A stretch of DNA of 64,000 nt, taken from positions 66,535 through 130,534 of the forward strand of contig JBJEEB010000021.1 in the NCBI GenBank assembly GCA_051872655.1. Direction: 5' to 3'. Position 1 is the first letter of the stretch. The number at the start of each line of letters is the position of its first letter. The stretch is from Bacilli bacterium. Its GTDB lineage: Bacteria > Bacillota_I > Bacilli_A > RF39 > UBA660. Shown in pieces: positions 9,890 to 20,129 of the stretch. The notes under the pieces were generated by a model, which made no database searches, had not been told where the DNA came from, and worked only from the letters and a program-made list of their open reading frames with translations. The translations under genes and the position numbers were made by a program.

Positions 9890-10453
9890 ATGAAAGGTAA
9901 ATTTATTGTTATATCTGGTCCTGGAGGAGTAGGAAAAGATACTATAGCTAAAGAATTAGTAAAAAGAACTAATATTATATACTCTGTGTCTATGACTACA
10001 AGAAAAATTAGAAGTAACGAAGTAAATGGTAAAGATTACTTCTTTGTAGATAAAGATACTTTTGAAGATAATATTAAAAATGATAATATTTTAGAGTATA
10101 CTTTCTTTAATGGCAATTATTATGGTACTCCAAGAGATTTTGTTTTTAATAATATTAATAAAGGTATTGATGTACTTGCAGTACTAGATATAAAAGGCGC
10201 TCTAAATATAGAAAAAATATATCCTTCCGCTATTAGTATATTTATTATGCCTCCAACATTCGAAGAGTTAGAAAGAAGAATTAGAGAAAGAGGTACTGAC
10301 TCTGAAGATGTTATTAGACAAAGATTAAAAATTGCTAAGGAAGAAATTAAAAATAGTAATAAATATGATTATGTAGTTATCAACAACACTGTGGATAAAT
10401 CAGTAGAGGAAATAACTAATATTATAAAGAAAGAAAAGAATATGGATATTTAG
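9890..10453 (+). CDS. gmk: guanylate kinase
   Basis: P-loop SGPGGVGKDT, plus YSVSMTTRKIRSNEVNGKDYFF. Confidence 0.9.
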   Translation: MKGKFIVISGPGGVGKDTIAKELVKRTNIIYSVSMTTRKIRSNEVNGKDYFFVDKDTFEDNIKNDNILEYTFFNGNYYGTPRDFVFNNINKGIDVLAVLDIKGALNIEKIYPSAISIFIMPPTFEELERRIRERGTDSEDVIRQRLKIAKEEIKNSNKYDYVVINNTVDKSVEEITNIIKKEKNMDI

Positions 10454-10598
10454 TATATATTTTTCATTGAATTAATCTAAAATGCACAATTAAAAGCACT
10501 TTTTATAAATTTAAGATTAAAATTTTCATTTGATATTTAATATAGTTTTATTGCTTTATTTATTTTTTTGTGATATGATTTTTTTGGGTGAAATAATT

Positions 10599-11495
10599 AT
10601 GGAAAAAAGAATGAAATGGCTAATTGTTTTGAATATTATACTTATTATTTTAGTGGTTGGTTTAAGTATCTTTATTACTTATGATAAAGTATTAAGGAAT
10701 GATAGTGAAGATAAAAATATTCCTCATGATGATAATGTAACTAGCATTAAAATAAATGATGATTTGGATTATGTTTATAATGCAAGTTATTCTTATGAAA
10801 ATAAATATACCGAGTATTCAAGAACAATTTGGGGTGATGATGATAAGATAATAACTATTAGTAATTTTGGAATTCCTGTTGATTTTAGAACAGTAAGGCA
10901 ATATGTTAGTGATTTAACAGTTCCTTATATTAATATTAATTCTAGTTATGCTAGTACTGTTAATAATGAATTAGAAAATCTATATATTGAATATGCAAAG
11001 AATTTTGATGTTTGTGCTGATGATATGGCGAAGTATTCTGTGGGTTGTACTGAAATACTAACATATAGAACTTATAATTATCGTGATATTCTATCTGTTG
11101 TAGTCATTTATGGCATGCAAGTAACTTCTAATTGGATATTATCTTATAATACTTATAATTTTGATTTAACTACTGGTAGTGAAATTACATATAATGATAT
11201 GATATCAATGCTTGGATATAATAAAGATACTTTATTACAGAGTCAAGAAACGCTTTTGAAAAATAAAATGGATGAATTATGGAAAAACATTGATTTATCT
11301 ACTGATTGTGTTGTAGAGGGAAATAATATGAATTGTTATGATATAGCTAATAAAATGTTAGAGGATTCTATTAATGACAAAAGTATATTGTTTTTTGCTA
11401 ATAATGATGGTGTATTAAATATATTTGCTATTCCATATTTTAATGGTGCATTAAATGGTGATATTAATAAGTATTTAATTAAAGTAGAGTTATAA
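10599..11495 (+). CDS. hypothetical membrane-anchored protein
   Basis: ATG at 10599 after GGGTGA. It has an N-terminal TM (WLIVLNIILIILVVGLSIFI) and then a hydrophilic domain. No family recognised. Confidence 0.55.
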   Translation: MEKRMKWLIVLNIILIILVVGLSIFITYDKVLRNDSEDKNIPHDDNVTSIKINDDLDYVYNASYSYENKYTEYSRTIWGDDDKIITISNFGIPVDFRTVRQYVSDLTVPYININSSYASTVNNELENLYIEYAKNFDVCADDMAKYSVGCTEILTYRTYNYRDILSVVVIYGMQVTSNWILSYNTYNFDLTTGSEITYNDMISMLGYNKDTLLQSQETLLKNKMDELWKNIDLSTDCVVEGNNMNCYDIANKMLEDSINDKSILFFANNDGVLNIFAIPYFNGALNGDINKYLIKVEL

Positions 11496-11572
11496 TCTCT
11501 ACTTTTTTACTAATAAATTAATTTGATAATTTTAGTAATTTTTGATTTTATATTATAATACTCTTATATGGT

Positions 11573-11791
11573 ATGGGATTTTTTATGAAAAAAATAATTT
11601 TTTCACCTTGTTTTTTAATAAAAGATAAAAAACTTTTTGAGATTTCTGATGTGAAGATAACCCAAACTTTAAATAACTACTTTATTATTACAAAATATGG
11701 CTCTATGATACATCCTGATATTGTATCTAGTAAAATTGTTAACAGCATTATGGTCTATGACAATAAACCGCTTGGAGATTTTTTTACTTAG
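11573..11791 (+). CDS. hypothetical small protein (possibly a gene fragment)
   Basis: ORF only; no recognisable motif. Confidence 0.25.
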   Translation: MGFFMKKIIFSPCFLIKDKKLFEISDVKITQTLNNYFIITKYGSMIHPDIVSSKIVNSIMVYDNKPLGDFFT

Positions 11792-11890
11792 TTGATTTTA
11801 TTATTGATAATGAAAGTGAGTATATTTTTTTACAAGGTTTTTCTAGAACTTTAATACAAAAAATGTTCGGACTAGTTAATTTAGAAAATT

Positions 11891-12025
11891 ATGGAAGAAA
11901 TTAAAAATAGTAATAAATATGATTATGTAGTTATCAACAACACTGTGGATAAATCAGTAGAAGAAATAATTAATATTATAAAGAAAGAAAAAAATGGTAG
12001 TTATTTTATTAATATTGAAAAATAA
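11891..12025 (+). pseudogene. relic duplicate of the gmk 3' end
   Basis: 11893-11997 is near-identical to 10339-10445, with 3 substitutions and 1 indel by eye. It encodes MEEIKNSNKYDYVVINNTVDKSVEEIINIIKKEKN..., compared with the Gmk C-terminus KEEIKNSNKYDYVVINNTVDKSVEEITNIIKKEKN. Confidence 0.85.
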
Positions 12026-12069
12026 GTAAAAAGATGCTAGAATATATTTGAGAATAGGAGTGAATAAGA

Positions 12070-12753
12070 TTGAAAGTAGAAAATACTAAGAAAAAAAATA
12101 AGAAAGAGTGTAAACTAATTGAAAACAAAAAAAATAAAATATTGCTAATTACAATAATTTGTGCTACTTTGTTGATTGTGATATTTATTATATCATTTTA
12201 TATCAGTAAGAATGATTTAAGTTTAACGGCTAAAGAAGCTGAATTACTATTAAAAGAAAAAGATGAATTTTATAAAGAAATTATTAGTCCTCAACCATAT
12301 TGTGGAAAAAGTGCCAAAATTATATATTCCGATGATAATGAATGGCCTGTTTCTGATGAAGAATATAATGATATATTATATTGGGCTATTTCAAGTGAAT
12401 TTTATACATATAGTGATTTAAAAAATTATGTTATGAAAAATATATCAAACGATTTAATTGAAAAAATTCAATCTAATACATTAAATCAAAATTTATATTT
12501 GGAAAAGAATAATAAACTATATTGTGGTAGATTAGGTGCAGGTCATATTTCACCAAAAACAACATACGAGCTTATTAAATATGATAACACTAGTATAAGT
12601 GGTACAATTACTAATACATATGATAAAGAAACAATTGATATGGGACTTGCAGTAAATAATAAAATAAATATTGTTTTAGTAAAAGAAAATAATTTTTGGA
12701 AGATTGACACTTATGAATTTATCAATAATAATGTAACTAGTGATGATGCATAG
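12070..12753 (+). CDS. hypothetical membrane-anchored protein
   Basis: TTG start after AGGAGTG. It has an N-terminal TM and then a soluble domain. No family recognised. Confidence 0.5.
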   Translation: MKVENTKKKNKKECKLIENKKNKILLITIICATLLIVIFIISFYISKNDLSLTAKEAELLLKEKDEFYKEIISPQPYCGKSAKIIYSDDNEWPVSDEEYNDILYWAISSEFYTYSDLKNYVMKNISNDLIEKIQSNTLNQNLYLEKNNKLYCGRLGAGHISPKTTYELIKYDNTSISGTITNTYDKETIDMGLAVNNKINIVLVKENNFWKIDTYEFINNNVTSDDA

Positions 12754-12958
12754 AGTATTCTGATATTGAAATTGATAAAGAAAATATACTTGAATATAAA
12801 GAGATTTGTAGTGTGTCTCCTAGCAATCAAAAAAATAGAATTTAGATATGTTTATTCACTAGAAACTAATAAGTTAATTCTTCAAAGTAAAGAAGGAATA
12901 TATTGCAATTAATTTTTTCTTTATAAAAATCATTGAATATCAAAATAAATAACTCTTA

Positions 12959-13038
12959 CTTTAGAGACTTAATGGCTCTAAAGTATTTTTTTAAGACTAT
13001 AGGCTTAAAAAAACAGCGAGCAACTTTAGTGCGAGATG
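12959..13038 (+). repeat. three-hairpin module, copy 1
   Basis: h1 is ctttagag|acttaatgg|ctctaaag. h2 is ttttttaag|actatagg|cttaaaaaa. h3 is cagcgagca|actttag|tgcgagatg. Confidence 0.8.
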
Positions 13039-13118
13039 AAATAAATAATATAATTTACTTGAAAAATGTAGTATTTTAGTATATACTTATATTAACTTAT
13101 TGAGGTGGGAGGAATATA

Positions 13119-13877
13119 ATGAAAAGCAGTAGAATAATGAAGATATTTGAACAATATGTTAGAAAATATGATATGAATAATATTAATATTAAAGCTAGAT
13201 ATTTTCATTCTTTAAAAGTTATGGAAATAGCTAAAGATCTTGCTACAGAACTTGGTATATTTACTGATGAAGAAATAGCAGTCTGTGAACTTATTGGTTT
13301 ATTTCATGAAATCGGTAATTTTTCTAGTACTCCTAACTATCATATAGATGAAGATAATGAAGACTCAAGTAATAAGGCTATTGAAGTATTATTTAATAAA
13401 GGTTTAATTAGAGAGATAAGTAAAGATAAAACTTATGATAATGTTATTAAACTTGCTTTATATGCTTATGATAAAATTGGATTTCCAGATAATATTGATG
13501 AGAAGACTAAACATATATGTGCTATTATAAAAGATGCTCATAACTTAGATTCTTTTAGATTATTTGTTAATTATCCTTATGTAGATACAAGAATTAATAG
13601 TTATCCTAATAATTTAGTATACGAAGACTTTAAGAAGTTTAAAAATATTAGTCCTAGGGTTGCTGATAATTCTTCAGATACTGTTCTTATGGTATTATCA
13701 AAGATGTATATTTTTAATTATAAGTATTCCTACTATTTATTAAAGCAAAATAATTATATTAGTAAATTATTTGATAGTCTTACTTTTGATAATAAGGAAA
13801 TTGAAGATTTTTATAAAAAGATATTTATAGTACTTAATAACTATATTAATAAAAGGATTGGTGTTTATAATGCTTGA
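13119..13877 (+). CDS. HD-domain-like phosphohydrolase family protein
   Basis: [13 protein letters not shown] followed by [11 protein letters not shown] (HE in place of HD). Its end overlaps the valS start. Confidence 0.5.
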   Translation: MKSSRIMKIFEQYVRKYDMNNINIKARYFHSLKVMEIAKDLATELGIFTDEEIAVCELIGLFHEIGNFSSTPNYHIDEDNEDSSNKAIEVLFNKGLIREISKDKTYDNVIKLALYAYDKIGFPDNIDEKTKHICAIIKDAHNLDSFRLFVNYPYVDTRINSYPNNLVYEDFKKFKNISPRVADNSSDTVLMVLSKMYIFNYKYSYYLLKQNNYISKLFDSLTFDNKEIEDFYKKIFIVLNNYINKRIGVYNA

Positions 13878-16407
13878 TAAAAAATATGACCATTTAATGG
13901 TAGAAAAAGATAAATATGAAATGTGGAAAGAAAATGGTTACTTTACTGGTGGTGATTTAAGTAAAGAACCTTTTTGTATTGTTATTCCACCTCCTAATGT
14001 AACAGGTAAATTACATTTAGGTCATGCTTGGGATACTTCTATTCAAGATATTCTTATTAGATATAAAAAAATGAAAGGTTTTGATGCGGTATGGATACCT
14101 GGAATGGACCATGCTGGTATTGCTACTCAAGCTAAGATTGATAAAAAACTTAAGAGTGAGGGTATTGATCCAAGAAGTATGGATAGAGAAGAATGGCTTA
14201 AGGTTGCTTGGGCTTGGAAAGATGAATATGCAGAAAATATTCATAATCAGTGGGCTAAACTTGGACTTGCTCTTGATTATACTAAAGAGAGGTTTACTTT
14301 AGATGATGGTTTATCTAAAGCAGTTAGAAAAGTATTTGTTACTCTATATAATAAGGGTTTAATTTATAGAGGAGAGAGGATTATTAACTGGGATCCAGTA
14401 GCTATGACTGCTTTAAGTACAGAAGAAGTTATTTATAAAGATGTAGAGGGAGCCTTCTATCATATTAAGTATTTTCTTGAAGATAGTGATGAATACTTAG
14501 AAGTAGCTACTACTAGACCAGAAACTTTATTTGGTGATACTGCTGTTGCTGTTAATCCTGAAGATGAAAGATATAAAAAATATATTGGTAAGAATGTTAT
14601 ACTACCTATCGTTAATAAAAAGATACCTGTAATAGGAGACAATCATGCTGATATGGAATTTGGTACTGGTGTTGTTAAAATAACTCCTGCTCATGATCCT
14701 AATGACTTTGAGGTTGGTAATAGACATAACTTAGAGAGAATTGTTGTCATGAATAAGGATGCCACAATGAATGAAAATGCTGGTATATACGCTGGTATGG
14801 ATAGATTTGAATGCAGAGAAAAACTTGTCAAAGACTTAGAAAGAGAAGGATTATTAATTAGTATCCAACCTATTAATCATAATGTTGGTTTTTCTGAGAG
14901 AACTGATGTTATGATTGAACCTTATTTATCAAAACAGTGGTTTGTTAAGATGAGACCACTAGCGGATAATGTTCTTGCTAACCAAAAGAATAAAGATACT
15001 AAAGTTAACTTTGTACCTGAAAGATATGAAAAAATTATGAATCACTGGATGGAAATCACTTATGACTGGTGTATATCTAGACAATTATGGTGGGGTCATA
15101 GAATACCTGCTTGGTATAGAGGTGAAGAGGTATATGTTGGTATGGAGGAGCCTAGTGGTGATGGTTGGGTACAAGATCCTGATGTTCTTGATACATGGTT
15201 TTCATCTGCGTTATGGCCTTTTAGTACTCTAGGATGGCCTGATGATACTGATCTTCTTAAGAGATATTATCCTAATAATGTATTAGTTACTGGATATGAT
15301 ATTATTCCATTTTGGGTAAATAGAATGACTTTCCAAGGTCTTGAATTTCTTGGTAAAAGACCATTTAAGGATTGTTTAATACATGGACTTATTAGGGATA
15401 AACAAGGAAGAAAAATGAGTAAAAGTCTAGGTAATGGTATAGATCCAATGGATGTTATTGAAGAATATGGTGCAGATTCACTAAGATTCTTCTTAACTAC
15501 TAGTACTGCTTCTGGTATGGATTTAAGATATGATGAAGAAAAAGTTAAATCTACTTGGAACTTTATTAATAAAGTATGGAATGCTTCTAGATTTGTATTA
15601 ATGAAGTTAGAAGGATTTAATAGTAGTGATTATACTCTAGATAATTTAAAAGAAGAAGACAAATGGATACTAGATAAACTTAATACTACTGTTAAAGATG
15701 TTACTAAGTATATGGATAAATATGACTTTAATCTAGCAGGATCTTCAATATATGATTTTGCTTGGAGTTGCTTCTGTGACAAATATATTGAGTTATCTAA
15801 ATTCTATGAAGATAATACTACAAAGAGTGTATTACTAAAAGTACTTACTGATATACTAAAAATGTTACATCCTTTTATGCCTTATGTTACTGAAGAAATA
15901 TACTCAATGCTTCCTATAAAAGAAACTAAATCTATTATGATAAGTAGTTACCCAGAATATAGTAAAGATATGGTATTTAAAACTAATATTGATATTATTC
16001 TTGAATTTATCACTATGTTTAGGAATAAAAAAGCTGAACTTGGAATAGGTAGTAATTATAATGTATATATAAATATCAACAATGAAGAAGATAAGAAAAT
16101 TATTATTAATATGTTAAAACTTAATGATAAAATTATTGATAAGAAAGATAATTATAATGAAAAAGTAGAATATAATGGATTAGAAATAGAAATTTATTTT
16201 GATAATAGTAAAAATCTTAAAGAACAAGAAGAAAAACTAATTAAAGAAAAAGAGTTACTAGAAAAGTCTATTGAAAGAAGAGAAAAACTACTTAGTAATG
16301 AGAATTATATAAATAAAGCACCTTCAAATATAGTAGAAAAAGAAAAAGAAGATTTAAGAAAAGAAAAAGAATTGCTAAATAATTTACTTAATAAATTTAC
16401 AAAATAA
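13870..16407 (+). CDS. valS: valine--tRNA ligase
   Basis: HIGH motif [19 protein letters not shown] present, and a C-terminal coiled coil. ATG at 13870 gives the typical N-terminus [19 protein letters not shown]. Confidence 0.95.
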   Translation: MLDKKYDHLMVEKDKYEMWKENGYFTGGDLSKEPFCIVIPPPNVTGKLHLGHAWDTSIQDILIRYKKMKGFDAVWIPGMDHAGIATQAKIDKKLKSEGIDPRSMDREEWLKVAWAWKDEYAENIHNQWAKLGLALDYTKERFTLDDGLSKAVRKVFVTLYNKGLIYRGERIINWDPVAMTALSTEEVIYKDVEGAFYHIKYFLEDSDEYLEVATTRPETLFGDTAVAVNPEDERYKKYIGKNVILPIVNKKIPVIGDNHADMEFGTGVVKITPAHDPNDFEVGNRHNLERIVVMNKDATMNENAGIYAGMDRFECREKLVKDLEREGLLISIQPINHNVGFSERTDVMIEPYLSKQWFVKMRPLADNVLANQKNKDTKVNFVPERYEKIMNHWMEITYDWCISRQLWWGHRIPAWYRGEEVYVGMEEPSGDGWVQDPDVLDTWFSSALWPFSTLGWPDDTDLLKRYYPNNVLVTGYDIIPFWVNRMTFQGLEFLGKRPFKDCLIHGLIRDKQGRKMSKSLGNGIDPMDVIEEYGADSLRFFLTTSTASGMDLRYDEEKVKSTWNFINKVWNASRFVLMKLEGFNSSDYTLDNLKEEDKWILDKLNTTVKDVTKYMDKYDFNLAGSSIYDFAWSCFCDKYIELSKFYEDNTTKSVLLKVLTDILKMLHPFMPYVTEEIYSMLPIKETKSIMISSYPEYSKDMVFKTNIDIILEFITMFRNKKAELGIGSNYNVYININNEEDKKIIINMLKLNDKIIDKKDNYNEKVEYNGLEIEIYFDNSKNLKEQEEKLIKEKELLEKSIERREKLLSNENYINKAPSNIVEKEKEDLRKEKELLNNLLNKFTK

Positions 16408-16454
16408 TTATTATATGATAAAATTATTTTATAGTAGTGAAAGGAGTATGTTTT

Positions 16455-16805
16455 ATGGCTAAATTTTGTTCTAATTGTGGAAAAGAAGTAAATGAGAATG
16501 CTGTTATTTGTGTTAATTGTGGCTGTTCTTTAGAAAATAAAGCTAATAATCAATCTGTTAATGTTACAATTAATAATAATGCTAGTGGAGTTTCTCCAAA
16601 ATCTAGATTAGTAGCTTTCTTACTTTGTACTTTTCTTGGTGGACTTGGTATTCATAGATTCTATGTTGGCAAAGCAGGTACTGGTGTTTTATGGCTATTG
16701 ACATTAGGATGCTTTGGAATTGGCTCATTTGTTGACTGGATAGTGATACTATGTGGATCATTTAAAGATAATAATGGTCTTGTAGTTTCTGAATGGAATA
16801 AATAA
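16455..16805 (+). CDS. zinc-ribbon plus TM2 domain membrane protein
   Basis: MAKFCSNCG..CVNCG zinc ribbon, then the TM2-type FLGGLGIHRFYVGKAGTG. AAAGGAG RBS upstream. Confidence 0.75.
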   Translation: MAKFCSNCGKEVNENAVICVNCGCSLENKANNQSVNVTINNNASGVSPKSRLVAFLLCTFLGGLGIHRFYVGKAGTGVLWLLTLGCFGIGSFVDWIVILCGSFKDNNGLVVSEWNK

Positions 16806-16822
16806 GAAAGGAGAAAGATATT

Positions 16823-17188
16823 ATGGCTAAATTTTGTTCTAACTGCGGAGCAGAACTTAATGAAGAACAAGATATTTGTTTAAAATGTGGGGTTAGAGTT
16901 AAAAACACTAATAATAAAGTAGATAGTAATCCTAATGCTAAATCAAAGATGGCTGCTGGACTACTTGGTATATTTTTAGGTCAATTTGGAGTACATAACT
17001 TCTATCTAGGATATACTGGTAAAGCTGTTGCTCAACTATTACTTACTATTTTTGGGTATATTTTAGCAATATTTATTATTGGAATATTTATGGTTGCTGC
17101 TGCTGGTATATGGGGACTAGTTGAAGGAATTATGATTCTATCTGGTTCAATTAATACTGATGCTAATGGTGTTCCATTAAAAGATTAA
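16823..17188 (+). CDS. zinc-ribbon plus TM2 domain membrane protein (paralog)
   Basis: MAKFCSNCGAELNEEQDICLKCG, then GIFLGQFGVHNFYLGYTGKA. Confidence 0.75.
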   Translation: MAKFCSNCGAELNEEQDICLKCGVRVKNTNNKVDSNPNAKSKMAAGLLGIFLGQFGVHNFYLGYTGKAVAQLLLTIFGYILAIFIIGIFMVAAAGIWGLVEGIMILSGSINTDANGVPLKD

Positions 17189-17205
17189 TGTATAATTAAT
17201 TTTAA

Positions 17206-17235
17206 ACATCTCATAATAATTATGAGGTGTTTTTT
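17206..17235 (+). terminator. hairpin plus T-run between the TM2 gene and the DUF421 gene
   Basis: 10-bp stem ACATCTCATA/TATGAGGTGT with one G.U pair, a 5-nt loop and TTTTT. The 3' arm contains the GAGGTG RBS of the next gene. Confidence 0.6.
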
Positions 17236-17237
17236 AT

Positions 17238-17948
17238 ATGAATAATATATTACATATTTGTTTTAGAACTATTTTAGTATTAATGATTTTATTTTTTATT
17301 GCAAAAATGCTTGGCAAAAAACAAGTATCTCAGCTCAATCTTTTTGATTATATTGTAGGTATTACTATTGGATCAATAGCTGCTGATATTTCACTTGATT
17401 TAGAAAAAGATTTAATCGCAGGTGTTGTTTCTTTGCTCCTTTATGGAATTATTGCTTATATAATTGCTAAAGTTACGATGAAGAGTATTATTCTTCGCAG
17501 ATTTTTTACTGGTGTACCAACTATTTTAATGGAAAATGGTAAAATTATTGAGTCTGGATTAAAGAAGTCTAAAATTGATGTAAATGATTTTTTAGCAGAA
17601 GCAAGAACACAAGGATATTTTGATTTAAATGAAATTTCATACTCAATTATGGAAATTAATGGTAGTATTAGTTTTTTGCCTAAAGAAAAAGATAAACCCT
17701 CTAGTAAGAGTGACGTTAATGCCAAACTTAAAAAAGATGGTATGGTAGCGAATGTTATCATTGATTCTAAATATATGGAAAATAATATGGCCTCAATGGG
17801 AAAAGATAAAGAGTGGTTAGATCATGAACTAAAAAACTTAGGTTATAAAAACTATGATGATATTTTATTAGCTACTTGTGACAACTATGATAAAATTACT
17901 GTATACAGAAAAAATGTAAAGCCAGATAAAAATACTATTTTAGAATAG
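17238..17948 (+). CDS. DUF421 (YetF-like) membrane protein
   Basis: N-terminal TMs with the GKKQVSQLNLFDYIVGITIGSIAA signature. Confidence 0.7.
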   Translation: MNNILHICFRTILVLMILFFIAKMLGKKQVSQLNLFDYIVGITIGSIAADISLDLEKDLIAGVVSLLLYGIIAYIIAKVTMKSIILRRFFTGVPTILMENGKIIESGLKKSKIDVNDFLAEARTQGYFDLNEISYSIMEINGSISFLPKEKDKPSSKSDVNAKLKKDGMVANVIIDSKYMENNMASMGKDKEWLDHELKNLGYKNYDDILLATCDNYDKITVYRKNVKPDKNTILE

Positions 17949-17995
17949 TTTTATTTTTTTATATGATGTATAATTATCTTTAGAGTAGTGATGTT

Positions 17996-19372
17996 ATGAA
18001 GTATTTAAAGAAGTTATTTTTAATTTTAATTATTATTACATCTTTTATGTTAGTATACAGTGTTATGTTTCCTAATATAGAAATAAGTACTAATAATATT
18101 GAATTAAACAGTAATTATATTATTAAATATAAAGCTTATAATTTGTTTACTAATTTATCTGATAAGGTAGTAATTCAAGACAACATTGATATAAATAGGG
18201 TTGGAGAATATGTAGTTACCGCTAGGGCCAATTATTTATTTTATCATGTAAAGAAAGAATTTAAAGTTAACGTTATCGATACTATTAGTCCTATTATTAC
18301 TTTAAATGGTAATATGATAGTTAATGTATGTCCTAATACGGATTATATAGATGAAGGATATACTGCCAGTGATAATTATGATGGTGATATTACTAATAAA
18401 GTTACTATAAAGAAGTTTGATAATAGTGTTTTTTACTCTGTAGTTGATAGTAGTAATAATAGGACTGAAATCGAAAGAAAAATTAATTTTACTGATGAAG
18501 AAAAGCCAATAATAAACTTAGATGGTGGTAATGAGATTACTATCTATTTAGGTAATGATTATACTGAATATGGTTATACTGCTAGTGATAATTGTGATGG
18601 TGATATTACTAATAAAGTTGTAGTTACTGGTAATGTAAATAGTAATAATATTGGTGCTTATACTATTAAATATGAAGTAAACGATACTGCTGGTAACAAA
18701 ACAGAAGTAATAAGAACTATACATGTTGTAAATAAACCAAGCTATTATGGTAATGGTGCTATATATTTAACTTTTGATGATGGACCTAGTGATATAACAG
18801 GAAGAGTACTTGATATTTTAGATGAGGAAGGAGTTAAGGCAACATTCTTTGTTACACACGGTGGCAATTATGTAAGAAGGGCATATAATAGTGGACATAC
18901 TATAGCACTTCATACTTATACACATGATTATAGTTATTTATATTCTAGTGTAGAAAATTATTTTGTTGACTTAAATAATGTTAGTAATAGTGTATATAAT
19001 ACTATTGGTATTTATCCTAAGATTATTAGATTTCCAGGTGGTTCTTCTAATACAGTAAGTAGACACTATAGTTCTGGTATTATGTCTAGACTTACTAAAG
19101 AAGTAATAAATAGGGGATATACCTACTATGACTGGAATGTTGATTCTAATGATGCTGGAGGAGATGGGTATAATAGTAATAAAATTTATAATAATGTAAT
19201 AAATGGTTTATCTCATAGTAAAACTAATATAGTCCTTATGCATGATTCTAATAGCCACACTGGTACTGTTAATGCTCTTAGAGATATTATTAAATATGGT
19301 AAAAATAATGGTTATACTTTTAAAGCTATTACTAGTGATACCCCAATAGTAAGACATGGTGTTAATAATTAA
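17996..19372 (+). CDS. polysaccharide deacetylase (NodB domain) with two Ig-like DUF5011-type repeats
   Basis: GYTASDN(Y/C)DGDITNKV occurs twice. NodB motifs LTFDDGPS and HTYTHD are present. It has an N-terminal signal or anchor. Confidence 0.8.
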   Translation: MKYLKKLFLILIIITSFMLVYSVMFPNIEISTNNIELNSNYIIKYKAYNLFTNLSDKVVIQDNIDINRVGEYVVTARANYLFYHVKKEFKVNVIDTISPIITLNGNMIVNVCPNTDYIDEGYTASDNYDGDITNKVTIKKFDNSVFYSVVDSSNNRTEIERKINFTDEEKPIINLDGGNEITIYLGNDYTEYGYTASDNCDGDITNKVVVTGNVNSNNIGAYTIKYEVNDTAGNKTEVIRTIHVVNKPSYYGNGAIYLTFDDGPSDITGRVLDILDEEGVKATFFVTHGGNYVRRAYNSGHTIALHTYTHDYSYLYSSVENYFVDLNNVSNSVYNTIGIYPKIIRFPGGSSNTVSRHYSSGIMSRLTKEVINRGYTYYDWNVDSNDAGGDGYNSNKIYNNVINGLSHSKTNIVLMHDSNSHTGTVNALRDIIKYGKNNGYTFKAITSDTPIVRHGVNN

Positions 19373-19456
19373 AATATGTGAAATTAAGGGAAATAATTTA
19401 ACTATATGGTATTATTTCCCTTATTTTGGTATAATAATAATGAAAGGAGTAAAATA

Positions 19457-20020
19457 ATGAGTAAGGAAATTAATAAATATCTTAATTTATCTATAGTTAT
19501 GTCTATACTTTTTGTTATATTAGGTATTATTCTTGTAGTTTCACCAGAATCTTCAATTAATACTATTGCTTATATGTTGGCATCTTTCTTACTAGTTTAT
19601 GGTACTTTTAACTTTATTGATAGTTTTACTATTAATCCAATATTTTTCTTTATGAAAATGGCTAGTGGTGCTATTTCTATAATACTTGGTATAGTTATAT
19701 TTTTAAATCCAAATATATTTAAAAACTTAATTCCAATTGCTTTAGGTATATTCTTTATTATTAATGGTATTTTTAAAACTAGAATGTCATTTATTATTAA
19801 AGATATTGGTAATTACTTTATTTTATCTTTTATTGCTTCAATTTTGACTATAATATGTGGAATAATTTTAATTATTAATCCTAGTATATCTGCAATTATG
19901 ATTACTACAATGATTGGAATTGTAACTTTAGTATATGCTATATTTGATATAGTTGATGCTTTTATATTAAAACATAAAGTAAAAGAGATATCTAAATATT
20001 TTGAAAAATTATTAAAATAG
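19457..20020 (+). CDS. HdeD/DUF308 family membrane protein
   Basis: ATG at 19457 after AGGAG. Six hydrophobic repeats of the DUF308 type. Confidence 0.55.
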   Translation: MSKEINKYLNLSIVMSILFVILGIILVVSPESSINTIAYMLASFLLVYGTFNFIDSFTINPIFFFMKMASGAISIILGIVIFLNPNIFKNLIPIALGIFFIINGIFKTRMSFIIKDIGNYFILSFIASILTIICGIILIINPSISAIMITTMIGIVTLVYAIFDIVDAFILKHKVKEISKYFEKLLK

Positions 20021-20129
20021 TACTGAGGTACTATTTTTTGGTATACAAATGTTTGTTTTTTTTAATTTTAATATTTACTATTTATTTTGGATATGTTATA
20101 CTTTTATATGTAAATATGGAGGTATTAAA

